Source: Gonapodya sp. JEL0774
Lineage: Eukaryota
Length of the DNA stretch: 64,000 nucleotides
Assembly: GCA_027604505.1 (NCBI GenBank)
Contig: JADIIX010000006.1
Coordinates: forward strand, 186,001 to 250,000
Direction: 5' to 3'
Part shown: in pieces, positions 25,801-37,294 of the stretch
Layout: each line of letters begins with the position of its first letter
How positions within the stretch are numbered: the first letter of the stretch is position 1
The notes under the pieces: generated by a model
Told to the model about the DNA's origin: nothing
Databases searched by the model: none
What the model saw: the letters and a program-made list of their open reading frames with translations, nothing else
Made by a program: the position numbers and the translations under genes

Positions 25801-27119
25801 TCAAGCGAAATAGCTTCAGTTCTTGCTGTGACATTCTCAGATCCTTCAAGCCCAGGACCAACTCCGCAAAGAAATCTCATTGCTTCAGACAAAACTTCAG
25901 CAGTATGAGGACATCGTCGGACCTCCTTCTTCACTACTCAACCCTGCATTACCTGCCGAACTCACGGGAAAGCTTCGGACATCAGAAATGAGAATCAAGG
26001 AGTTGGAGCAACAGCTCGAACAGAGTAAAAAGGTTCGAAAATGACTACTTCATGTTGGAATAGAGGAGAACCTTGAGTACTCAATTCTCTATTCGTTGTT
26101 GTGGTGAAAGATGGAAGGGGTGTTACTCTCCGAGATTGACTCCACCGGTCGCGCTTGGAGCCTCCTCGAGGAACAAAACTCCCGAAAAGTTTTAGATCTG
26201 ACTGAAAAGGAGGAGCAGATTATTCGAGCTCTAGCTGACCGCACCAAGGCAGAACAGAAACTTATAGCGGAGTCAAAGCGTGCCACATCATACCAGAACA
26301 TGGCCCAGGCTCTCAAACGACAATCAGAGAAGCAATTGGAGGCGCTCAGGAGAGTGGATGATGCTCGACGGAACTTGGAACAGCAACTTGTAATTTCACT
26401 ACGTCTTGTTAAACGTGTTGTGATGCTACTAAGCAACCACCGTCACAGAGTCTGCTGGAAAAAGAAAATGCTGCGAAAGACGCAATTGTTGAAGCGCATC
26501 GCCGAAAGGCTTCAGAGAGTAATCAAATAGGAACGGAGCTAAGAGATCGAGTTGAAAAAGACAAGTTGAGGCTGGGTGACGTGAGTTGCACTTCCTTCTG
26601 GAGTCGGTAGACGCCAGTAGTTAAGCTTCTGCGTACTTCTTTCAGGCTTTATCGGTCGCGAAGGAGAAGGCGCAGATGTTAGAAATAGAACTTACATTGC
26701 GCAGGGATCTGGAGGTATGTTCCTTCGCCTTGGAAGTGCCCGATGACAGCACCAATATTCGGCAATACCAACGACAAATTGCAGGACGAGGTGTTTCGAT
26801 TGAATAAACGAATCGAACAGTTCTCGCGGCACGACTCCGCTGGAGACCCCGAGCTGCAGAAACAGTTGGACGAGTATAAGGTGGGACTGAAACTTGCTCT
26901 TTTGCGCATACAAGCTCAATCTCATCTGACTTGATCAAATCAAAGGCACTTCTCAAGTGCACATCCTGCCAGCAGCGATTCAAGGACCACGTGCTCTTGC
27001 GATGCATGCACACCTTCTGCAAACAGTGTATAGACACTGTGTACGACAGTCGGCAACGAAAATGCCCGAGTTGTGGGCTCGCATTCGCGCAGACTGATGT
27101 AAAGCAGATATTTTTGTAA
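22890..27119 (+). CDS. BRE1: E3 ubiquitin ligase Bre1 (histone H2B monoubiquitination)
   Basis: FQKEAIFRQMNEYKR near the N-terminus; long coiled coil; LLSEIDSTGRAWSLLEEQNSRKV; C-terminal RING LKCTSC...CMHTFCKQC...RQRKCPSC...DVKQIFL*. Confidence 0.93.
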
Positions 27120-27610
27120 ATACAGATGTAAAGTATGCACTCAAAGAATTGCTACAATAGCGGAGAACCCAGATGCAATCTGGATCACAATGAAAAGTAA
27201 TTGGAGCCCATTTGATACCAGGTCGAATACAGATGTAAAGTATGCACTCAAAGAATTGCTACAATAGCGGAGAACCCAGATGCAATCTGGATCACAATGA
27301 AAAGTAATTGGAGCCCATTTGATACCAGGTCGAATACAGATGTAAAGTATGAACTCAAAGAATTGCTACAATAGCGGAGAACCCAGATGCAATCTGGANN
27401 NNNNNNNNGCACTCAAAGAATTGCTACAATAGCGGAGAACCCAGATGCAATCTGGATCACAATGAAAAGTAATTGGAGCCCATTTGATACCAGGTCGAAT
27501 ACAGATGTAAAGTATGCACTCAAAGAATTGCTACAATAGCGGAGAACCCAGATGCAATCTGGATCACAATGAAAAGTAATTGGAGCCCATTTGATACCAG
27601 GTCGAATACA
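27119..27610. repeat. Tandem array of a 107-bp unit (3 full copies plus 2 partial copies flanking a 10-N gap)
   Basis: Unit starts at 27119, 27226, 27333 and 27498, with a remnant at 27605; period 107. Copies are identical except one C>A near 27352. Ns at 27399-27408. Confidence 0.97.
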
Positions 27611-28189
27611 AGTCTGTGAGAGCAAAGAGAAGTGGGACAAAAATATGTGCTGGGTATGTCGCGCGCTCACACATAAGTTTGCCACAGCAGTTCATACAGA
27701 TATGCGATTCCCACAACAACACTCAGGAACATGAAGATCGCAAGAGGTGCAACCTGCTCAGTTTTGTTCCCTTTGGAACCTTTTGGGGTGTAAACGATGC
27801 GGTACATCGAATCCGCCGAACGCTAACTTACCGAGAAAGCTACGTGAATATTCAATTACTGGCAGAATCATGAGTACGAATGCTTCAATTCCCAAAACGG
27901 TAGGTGGGTAAGGGTATGTGGCCGCTAATTCGTTTTTGAAAACACAATGCGGAGTTTGCTCAGCTCACGGGTTTGCGGGATGCAACACATCGAGAAAATG
28001 CTTCTACCTTTGTATGATAGTAGGATGACCCCTGCTGTCCAGTAAAGCGGAAAGTACGCAATGCTCGCTTCCAGAAAGATCTGAAATACAAGAGACGAGC
28101 TCTACAGGTAGGCCACGATGATTGTTGGATGAGATGCATGGTCCTCCGTAAATTGGTGGAACTAGCTTTACTTGTCTTAGCTTCTCCAT
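27520..28189 (-). CDS. TMEM216: Ciliary transition-zone membrane protein, TMEM216/TMEM17/TMEM80 family
   Basis: Five GT-AG exons give a hydrophobic, probably four-TM protein: SSLVFQIFL...YK..YPYP...IEYSRSFLGSKGNKTEQ...LLWQTYVLVFD...AIL*. The SSL, YK, YP, GSKGN.TE and QTYV motifs are characteristic of the family. Paralog assignment uncertain. Confidence 0.85.
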
Positions 28190-28285
28190 CAGGACTTATT
28201 GCTCATCAATAAATTGGAGTAGGAACTCAACGCCCAGCGGCGCAACCCTGAGCTCCTCACTCACACTTTCTTCAAATCGAATTCT

Positions 28286-30135
28286 ATGTCATTTAGAGAA
28301 GTACGCGGTGAGGAATGAAAAGGAAGCTCTTCTCATTTTTCATTAGCTCGGTATGAGCCTAATCTACGCTTTGTAATCGGCAGCGTGCATCGAGCGGCTA
28401 AAGTCACTTGGATATCCACATGTCGTCTCTCTGGATTCGTTTCGGTCACCAAACTTCGAACTAGTTGCTCATGCTCTACATTGGCTCATAAGAAAGTAAT
28501 TGCACAACTATTGGAGACCCCAGGGATGGGTGTCCAGCTCACCAAATCATCCAGTCTCGATCCACTAACAGATATCCCACTGGAGATTTCCACCGAAGGG
28601 GACCGTGTGCTCTTTATGAAGACGGTTGCGCAGTACCTGGTTAGTGTTCTCGGATGCCAATCGCCCTCCTCTGGTATCCGCTGAGACCCCACAATGCCGC
28701 AGGCGATTCGAGCTCACATCAAGGTCAACACTCGTAAACTTTATTCTGCCGACGGTCATGCTGTGAAAGAAATAATGAAAATCGTTTCCGTTTTGTACAA
28801 TGCGGCAACTGTGGACTTGGATAGTAACGAGGTTCCATGAATACGTCCGCCAGTTCGTATTCCGTCATCCGCTTACAATTTTACCAAATATAGGTAGTGA
28901 CCGTTCAGCAAGACATGCGCACTAAATTGGAGCGTCTGAAAACGTGTCGGACACTTGCCTCAGCCATCGCTGAAAAGGGTGCAACATTGTACAATCTTCT
29001 GGAAAAAGAATCCGACTTAAAAGTGAATTAGAATGCGAAGCTGCCGGTCTCCAAGTATCCGCGGTAACCCTTGCGATGCAGGAAATGCGAGCTGCAACAC
29101 TAAGTCGTCCCTTCGACTTCGTCTCACTCCAAACCGCTGTCAGTGACAACCTGCAGCAGTCTCATCTGCAACTTCACCAAATGAAGACTCAGCTGGAACA
29201 GGTTGGGGGAGATGAATCCAACTTACGTTCCAAAATCCAGAAGAAGAAACAAGAACTGGATCGGGTGGAGAAGCGAATCAAAAGTCTACAAAGTGTGAGG
29301 TATGGAGTGCGTGATACTCGCAAAACTCTCACAAGATACCAAATGCCTATCACGCAGACCCGCGTTCATGGACGAGTATGAGCGGATTGAGCAAGAGCTT
29401 CAGCAGTGGTATCAAGTTTATGTTGAACGGTTTCGAAATCTCAGTTCTTTGGAGCAGCAGTTGGAAGATTTCTACCGAATTGAACAGGAGCATTTTCAGG
29501 TATTTTCAAGAAAGTCATCGAGTGGAAACTGTCTGTGACCACACCCTCCCTCATTCAGGAAACGGAGGACAACATGCGAAAGATGCAAAACAAACTTCGT
29601 GAAGAGGAGCTTCAACTTCTACGAGACGTCATTCCTTCCATGGATTTAAATGAAAGCGAAGATTCTAAAACTGCAGGTTCGCAGATATTCTGAGCGGTGA
29701 GTAAAATTTTCTGGAGTCTCATCTCTTTTGTTGCAGGGTCGATACAGGAGTCTCGTCCACACCCACGGCCGAGGTGCGTGATTCGTTGGACAACCAGAAT
29801 ATGTGAAATATGTTTCTCAATAATGTCATCTCCCATCTTTTCTGCCCCCTCCCCCATGCTCCAGTGCTGCGGCTGGGAGACGCCCAATCGGCAAAAGAAC
29901 AGATAGTATCGGTGGCAAAGGCACCAATTTAAGTGACGCCAGTGATGTAAGTGTACGTTGTTTCTGTGATCAAACGTTTACAATTGAATGGTAAGTGCTG
30001 AATATTAAATCTGATTTTTAGGATGATTTCGCAGACACGAACGATGTTGGTGGTGAGAAACTTCACGATCCAGATGTGTATCCAGAGGACAACGGCTCCC
30101 TTAGCGTATCAGACGCGGAAGACCAAGATTTTTGA
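28286..30135 (+). CDS. CLUAP1: Clusterin-associated protein 1 / IFT38
   Basis: MSFREVR...[81 protein letters not shown]; acidic tail ending DF*. Confidence 0.93.
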
Positions 30136-30164
30136 TATTATAATGACTACAGTACTAATTTACA

Positions 30165-33100
30165 TCATTCATCTTCCGTTACCTCTTCGTCAAACTTCCT
30201 GCCCGTTGTACCGTCTCTGCCATTCTCTATTCTCCTCCGCCTCTTTTCTTCCTCCGCTTGCACCGACCCTGTAAGCTGCCAGATAAGTGACTGCTTTTCC
30301 GCTTTGGAGAACAGGAGGTTCACAGAGACCTTGGCTCGCCAAAGAGGAACAACCAATGTATGGTGAAGAGCTCTTTGCCCTGAGTTCAGTTCATCTGAGT
30401 CGGGATCATAAACAGCAACAGCGCAGCCTTCCTCTATTGGAGGGAAGATAGAGCACAGTTGTTTAGAGATGAGAAATCAAGCACTTTTGGAGCAGGCACC
30501 TACCCATGGCTTTCAGTTTTTCGCAAATTTTGTCTGAGAGTTCCGTGAACTTGGGGTAGTCTCCCTGCAAAAGCACGAGAATATCCTTGCGTGTGGCAAT
30601 CCGCAGTAACCTCTTCTCGCCTAGCAATGGGTAGATGATCCGGAGGCCGTCGCTATGGAGGCGATACAAGTTTCTCCGACTGTTGTCCCCTCGAATAAAG
30701 ACCTTCACTCCCGCATGGACAAACTATTCAGGGTATGTTGAACAACGAAATTGAGATAGCGAGAGTCAAGTAGGTCCAACAAACCTTGAGCCGCGAGTTT
30801 TGAGCCGCGGCGAGAACTTTCTTGGAAGTTGCGCTCACAAAATACAGTGACTTGAACAGTTCGTTGGTGGTACGTACAATATATTGATCCAAAGGGAATT
30901 GGCTTGAGATTTCAAAGGCTTGGCTGACGGCAGCAAGAAAAAAATGTGGTGTTCGTAGAGCGTGCTTAAAGAGAAGTGGCAGAACGCACTGTATTGCTGC
31001 CAGCTCTTTGTTGGATGGAGGAATGAGCACGACTGGATCCTCGCCACCACGGTGCTGAGCCCTCCTGCCAGTTTTTTCCCCATCTGAATCTTGGACGTCC
31101 TCTCGTTGGAGATCAGAGCCTTCGGCACCATCTCCAACCTCAAGGGCGTCATTCTGTGGGGCTTCCTCATCACCGCTGCAGTTGCCCGTCCGTCTTTTTT
31201 TTAGGGCAGGTTCAGCACTATTCATAATGGATTATTGGTTCAGCTTCAAAGAAATTGCAAAAGTCTTCGCAATTCACCTTTCCTCCACAGCTCCGATCTC
31301 CGGTACTGAGTCTACTTCCATCTCCGACGTGACCGTCGCTTGCGGCGACGGTCCACTGTAAGGGGAGACTTTTCTCATGACTGCAATGAAAAAACCACCG
31401 GTGTCTTGCATGTGTGGGTACACTCGCAAACTGAAATGGAAGATGCAAGTTGGGTTGCGAGATTATCGATCGACATATCTGACCCACCATCTGTCGATAT
31501 TCATTTCGCTAGTCACATTCTTCGAGAACATGGACGGGCTAAGCTTCGCTCGCTCAGCAGATGGCACACTTTCCATTGTCTCGTAGGGATTGCCCCTGTT
31601 GCTCACGACCTGCGAACCAACAGGTTGGGAAATGCTGTGAGTCCCTTGATCAAACACGGGCACAAACTTTCCAAGAAGACATCCCAGGCCTCCTGACAAG
31701 ACCGGGAAGTTCACAAGAAACATCCACAAGTTCAAACGCGCCTAAAGTATGTACAATTCGGAGGAGACTTAAGGTTCGTTTGCCTTCAAGATGACATGTG
31801 TGACAGCTTACCTTCCGTCACCCGCAGAACTTCCGCGACAACGGCTTCATTTTCAATAGGATTGAAACTGCAGGTACTGTAAACGAGGCGACCGCCTACC
31901 CGGAGCAGCTGGCAACCCCGTAGCAGGATCTGTATCTGCAGTCTAGGACAAATCAATCGGATCAAGAGTAACGGCGAACTGAAAGAAAGGTATTTTACGA
32001 ACGGATGAAGTCCATGGGCATTACCCACGGTCCATTTCCGCCAAATTAGCTTGTTCTTGCGGAGAGTGCCATCGCCACTGTTCATTTGATCATCGATTAA
32101 ACAAACAATGGGGGAGCCAGAAGAAGCGAATTGAAGACTCACGAGCAAGGGACGTCACACAGGATGCGATCGAAGGCAAGTCTCTCGGTCTTGCCGTTCT
32201 GTCGACCAAAAGCATCGAATAAATGAGACTCGGTTTCCAATACTTGATCACGATCCTTCTTACTTCTTGTATATAAAGAGTGGGCATCATTTGTGCTTCG
32301 TGATTCGTAACAAGGAGCGCTTCGCTCTGCAGGCGCTTGGTTTGCCGCACGAGCATGTGGGAACGATTGTTATCCGCGTCATTGGCCACAACGAGTCCAG
32401 CTGTTGACGGTAATTTTTAAATTCAGCATATGCAATGAAAGAACAAAAATGGGCGGGTCATACTTACTGATGAACCCCTCATCTCGATGAACGGCTTCAA
32501 TGATCTGCGCAGTTTTACTCCCTGGTGCTGCACACATATCAAACACAATATGATGCGGCTGAACATCTAAAAGAAGAGGGGGTATCATGCTGACAGCTTC
32601 CTGTCTGCTAATGTTGCCCTGATCAGCAGAAGGAACCGAAACAAGGAGCTCAGCTCCAGCGGTAGCACACAGGGGGAGTGGCAGCTTCTGGATACTCACC
32701 ACTTCAGTTTCGGAGATTAGAAACTGGTGGAATTGCGCCATCTCAGGAAGTTTCCGTAAAGCGTTTCTCGAAAATTGGCATTGCCATCCGAGGTTGTTTG
32801 GGTACCAAGGAATGGGACTTGGAGGCTCAACTTTCTCCCCATCAATCTCTATCACTCGGAGATGCGGAATATGTTCACGGACCATTGAATCTCTGAGGTC
32901 TGCAGAAACTCTGAAGCAAACTCCACGTAAAGGTTCCGTGAATGGAGCAATGTGTTAGCGACTTACTTCCGACTACCAGTGATTCTAAATGTGGTTGGAA
33001 GAGGTTTTCGCAGGGATTCCATAAATTCTGGCCACTCCGTTTCGGAGAGGATCGCCTGTGCCTTTCAGCGGACACAACACGGAAATCAGACTTCGGGTGG

Positions 33101-33345
33101 TTAGCGTGGGACCATTAATCACGATCCCACCTTGTAGTAGCTCTCGAACCGTTCATTTTCAAGCTTTTCACTCCAATCATTATCTCCACGAGAGTCCTGT
33201 TTCAGGATTCAGTTTCTCTTTTCTTTGGGCGAATTGGTATAGTGGAGCTCACAGTCAATCTCTTTTCACCATCTCCACTTTGATCCCGATCCTTGCGTCT
33301 TCTAGCGGCGTGCCCGCGATTTCCTTTATGAAAGTTCTTTCCCAT
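30165..33345 (-). CDS. NCL1: tRNA m5C methyltransferase Ncl1/Trm4 (NSUN2)
   Basis: GNISRQEAVSMIPPLLLDV; DMCAAPGSKTAQ; FDRILCDVPC|SGDGTLRKN; GGRLVYSTCSFNPIENEAVV; PHMQDTGGFFIAV. Confidence 0.95.
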
Positions 33346-33524
33346 GTTAGATGGCAATAAGCTCAATGATGAAAGTATAAGCAATTAATTCTCCCAATTT
33401 ATTCAATTCGACATGACCACAGACACATTATTACAGTAAAGAGAGCAACTGATAAATCAACTTCCCGCCATCTCGTGAGAAATGAAGAATAAGAGCTCAT
33501 CACTTAGCTCACGACTACAAGTAA

Positions 33525-34517
33525 ATGCGCTCGAAGCAAGTGCTCTGTCGTCGCTCTGACTCGGTTTCAGCGTGCGTTCAGTTCCACAGTCTTCGGAGAC
33601 TCAGCGGTGGAGGACTCAGTCAACTACGCGTCAGAGTTCGACTTTGGATTTGACATCACTGTTCTTGGTGCCGCAGGTGTGGGCAAAACTGCTTTGCTGG
33701 CAAAGGAATGCGGCGAGTAGAACTCGCAAAATCGGACTCCACGTCCTCGATGTCTCAAGAGTGACGATTGCGGTCATGCTTCCAGGATTTACATCTGCTT
33801 CATCTAGATCTTTCGGTATTCACTTTTCGGAGAAAATTTATGACGCCTTAGGATGTATCGTCCGTGTACGATTCCTGGACGTTGACGGTGCTGCACTCCC
33901 CCTTGGTTGCCGCTTATGCAACGATGCCGCCGCAATTGTTATTTGTTTTGACGGTGAGCGGGCCACGTGCCGATTGATTATACCTAGTACACAGTTTCGT
34001 TGGTGACATTCTATCAGTAACGGACAGAGGGTCTTTCGATGCCGTGCCAAGCATTCTTTCAGATTTGGAGCTCACTCGGTCTACTCACCGATCACAAATT
34101 ACACTTGTCGGCACTAAAAATGAAGACCCGGCGTTGCGCGCTGTTACTTACGATGAAGCTGCTGATTACGCAGAAGAAAATGATCTCGAAATGTATGAGA
34201 CGTCTGTACAGGATGGATCCGAAAGCTCGGACGTTTTTGCACAAATTGTGACCGGTGTTTGCAAGACTTTGGAAGTTGAAGATGAGGATGGAAGAACAGC
34301 TCTAAAACTCGATCCAGGTGAATAGCGTGCACATGTGAAGACTGAAGACTGGGCAGTGTCTCCTTCTTTTCTTCTAACATTCTCACCCCATTCAGTATTT
34401 TTGTTCCAAAAACGTATGCGATTAGAGAGACCACTTACGGCCGCAGAGCGCATCCGTATGCGCATGTTCAAAAAAGAGGAGACGGCCGATACGGCGACAG
34501 AGTGTGATTGGTTGTAA
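33525..34517 (+). CDS. Atypical Rab-like small GTPase
   Basis: Five exons: FDITVLGAAGVGKT (G1), FGIHF, VRFLDVDG (G3), AAAIVICFDVT..SF, LVGTKNE (G4), YETSV (G5); ends CDWL*. Needs one GC-AG intron (33713-33785). Confidence 0.8.
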
Positions 34518-34612
34518 TTCATGCCGAGCTCTCGTACAATACGATAAAGTTGATGAGGAAACCGTTGGGTGTGAGGCGGCCGACCAGCGCGGGGCCACCA
34601 GATTTCCATGAA

Positions 34613-35364
34613 ATGAGCACCTCCTCTACTGCAACAGCTATAGATAATCGCTGGCAAAGGGCAGCGCAGGCGCGATGGGAAAAAGCGAGACTCGCCAAAG
34701 AGCGAGAAGCGGCTGCCGCTCCAGCGGAAGGTGAAAGGTTGTCAAGACCTGCCGCGCTGAAGACTGTATCAGCTCCCAGACCCCGAATCTCTCGGTCGAG
34801 CGATGGACTTCCGCCAGAGAGTCGAAAGAGAAAGCACAGCTCAACGGACGGCGAAGAAGTCGCAAAGTTTGAGGAAGATGGAGAACTTTACAGTCTCGAG
34901 GGCAACGATTTCAAAGCGTACAAAAAGATGTGCAACTCGGTTTTCTTCCACGCAAATATGATAACGGATTCAGACCGACGGAAGGTGAAGGATTTCCTTG
35001 TTGGGAAATATGGTGAGTGGTTGGCCCATCACTTTTCAGAACAAAAGGTCAATACACTTCGTGCTGTGTACCAGATGATTCTTTAGTCGGTGTGGAAGAT
35101 ATTATTTTGAACGAGGAGATTTCAGAGGACGGCCGCTGGAGAGAAGTGCTGGTGTTTGAGATGAACTTTGAGCAGGGCAAATGGAGAAAACTGAGGCGTC
35201 GGTATCCGCTTTACTTGAATTCCGAAGCGACCAGGCAGGGTGAGCCTGTTACAGCTCCGTCTACGCATTCCAAGGAGGAGGAAGGCAAAGGCTCGGAAAA
35301 GAATGAGCCGGATGTGATGCATGGAGAAGGAGGCGGGGAGGGGATCGTAGCAGTTACGAATTGA
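34613..35364 (+). CDS. Hypothetical protein (two exons)
   Basis: ORFs 34508-35086 and 35017-35364 join in frame via a GT-AG intron (~35013-35074). Globular-looking core FKAYKKMCNSVFFHAN...IILNEE...VLVFEMNFEQGKWRKLRR. Family not recognised. Confidence 0.65.
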
Positions 35365-35573
35365 ATGAGGAAGAAACTAGTTGTATATAAAGGTCTAAAT
35401 TTTTTTTTTTCGATTGATTCCATATCTACGTATTCTCTCTGGTGGAAATACGTTGGAAATTGTGGATGGCCAGGTGCGTTCCGGACCCACAGCTCTGCGT
35501 ATTCAGGAACACTTGGAAGATGGAGGAACGCTACGGTACGCGTTCACATGGATGAGTGCTTGACTATTTGGAG

Positions 35574-37162
35574 ATGGACGTCACAGCGCCATTCGCTCCG
35601 TCAGCTTTCGCTTGCAGTTGGGTGGATCCCCAATCCAACCAAACACGGTGGGTGGATGAATGCGATGTCCCGTACTTCAAGAAGTTGAACACCGAGTTAT
35701 TAACTCGACTGCTTTACTTCTGATAGGGACTACCATCTGTTCTTCTGGCCCTCCGACAACTCTGTGGAGATGGTGAGGACTTGATGACTGCACACTCATC
35801 ACAAACCTCATAGTACTAGAGTGATATTTTCGGCTTATGCGATCCGATCACATCAAGTACGACGTCAAGCTACATCGCACATTCTTGAAGCGAACCAAGT
35901 ACGATCTCCTGAAATTGGATGATGTTCACATTGGGGGCAGCATTCAGGTGTACTCTAGGGCCCTTGCTATCAAGGATTATGCAGACGAATTCACACGAAA
36001 GAGACTAGTAGTGAAGAAAGAGAGGTTTGTGACTGTCGTGAGCCCTTCGGAGAATCCAAATTCATTCATGTGCACCAATTGGGCCGACCAGAACAGCATT
36101 AATTGTATTGCCGCATGCACTCCCACAAATGGGGTTGATACTGGATTCAATATTGCAGCAGCATTTTGTACCCACAAGGATGCGACTGACGGCACCCAGC
36201 CCGCGATCCGTGGAATACGCTCTTCAGTCGGACAGTGCCGCGAGAGAGTTCGTGCGCTATGCCCTTATTGCAGCTCTAACGGAGTAATGAGACGGTTTCA
36301 CGATGCGTTTAGGTCCCTGACCAAGTCTATATCAGATCGCACAGTGTTGGTTGTCGAATTGGAAAAACCAAATGCCACTTCCCACCTATCGGAGCTCATT
36401 CGTAGCAAGTGGCCCGGAGAATGCTACTCTACGTCAAGTATGGATGGAGCGGCTGTAGTATGTACCGGAATTGTCTTGTCCGAGTACTGGTTGATGTTCA
36501 TGATGCAAAATCAACAGCTGGGGCAGACTTTCTTCGCTCCCGAGGCCATCACAGGACTAAAGCGTACTGCACGACTGGAGAACACAACCCTTTGTGTTGT
36601 CAAGCCACACGCATTCCACAAGGGTTAGTCGACCCATCTGTAGGCTATTTGATTTGCGTGATTGACGATTGTTGCCCACGCTGTAGGGTATGTTGGAAAA
36701 ATTATTGATAGCATTTTGAGAGGTGGCTTCTTGATCACAGACGTGGAGCTCGTTACACTGGAGGTGAGAATATGTTACATATCTCCATCCTAAGTCCCAG
36801 ATTGCTTTGATTTCTCATCAGCACTCACTCACCTCTTTCAGCGAGTCAGCGCCGATGAGTTCCTCGAGATCTATAAGGGAGTGATACCTGATTACCAAAG
36901 TCTGGTAGATGAAATGACCAGCGGTCCCTGCATCGCCTTCGAAATCGCCCACCATCCAGGCGTCAAGCATTCTGAATCCAACATAGTTAAATCTTTCCGG
37001 GACTTTGTAGGACCATCTGATCCGGAAATCGCTAGGCAAATCCGCCCACAAAGTCCTCGGGCATTATTCGGAGTGAATCGAGTGCAAAATGCAGTGCACT
37101 GTACAGATCTGCCAGACGATGGAAAGTTGGAAACCGAGTATTTCTTCAATTTGCTCCTGTAA
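35574..37162 (+). CDS. NME7: Nucleoside diphosphate kinase 7 (DM10 domain plus two NDK-like domains)
   Basis: DM10: YHLFFWPSDNSVEMYDVKLHRTFLKRT. NDK-B: TTLCVVKPHA, EFLEIYKGV, EMTSGPCIA, GPSDPEIARQIRP, FGVNRVQNAVHCTDLPDDGKLETEYFF. Confidence 0.93.
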
Positions 37163-37294
37163 TCGGCAACAACTAGTGTAATTTCTGTACATGATGCTAT
37201 TGGTGACTAATGAATGGAGTCGACTGAGCAAAGGAAAACGAAATATTGAAAAAGGAGCATTGGCACTCGATTCCACGCATCCCTCCATTTATCA

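Noticed and set aside
27119..27610. CRISPR-like array
   Set aside because: Units are contiguous and identical with no spacers, derive from a host exon, and no cas genes are present.
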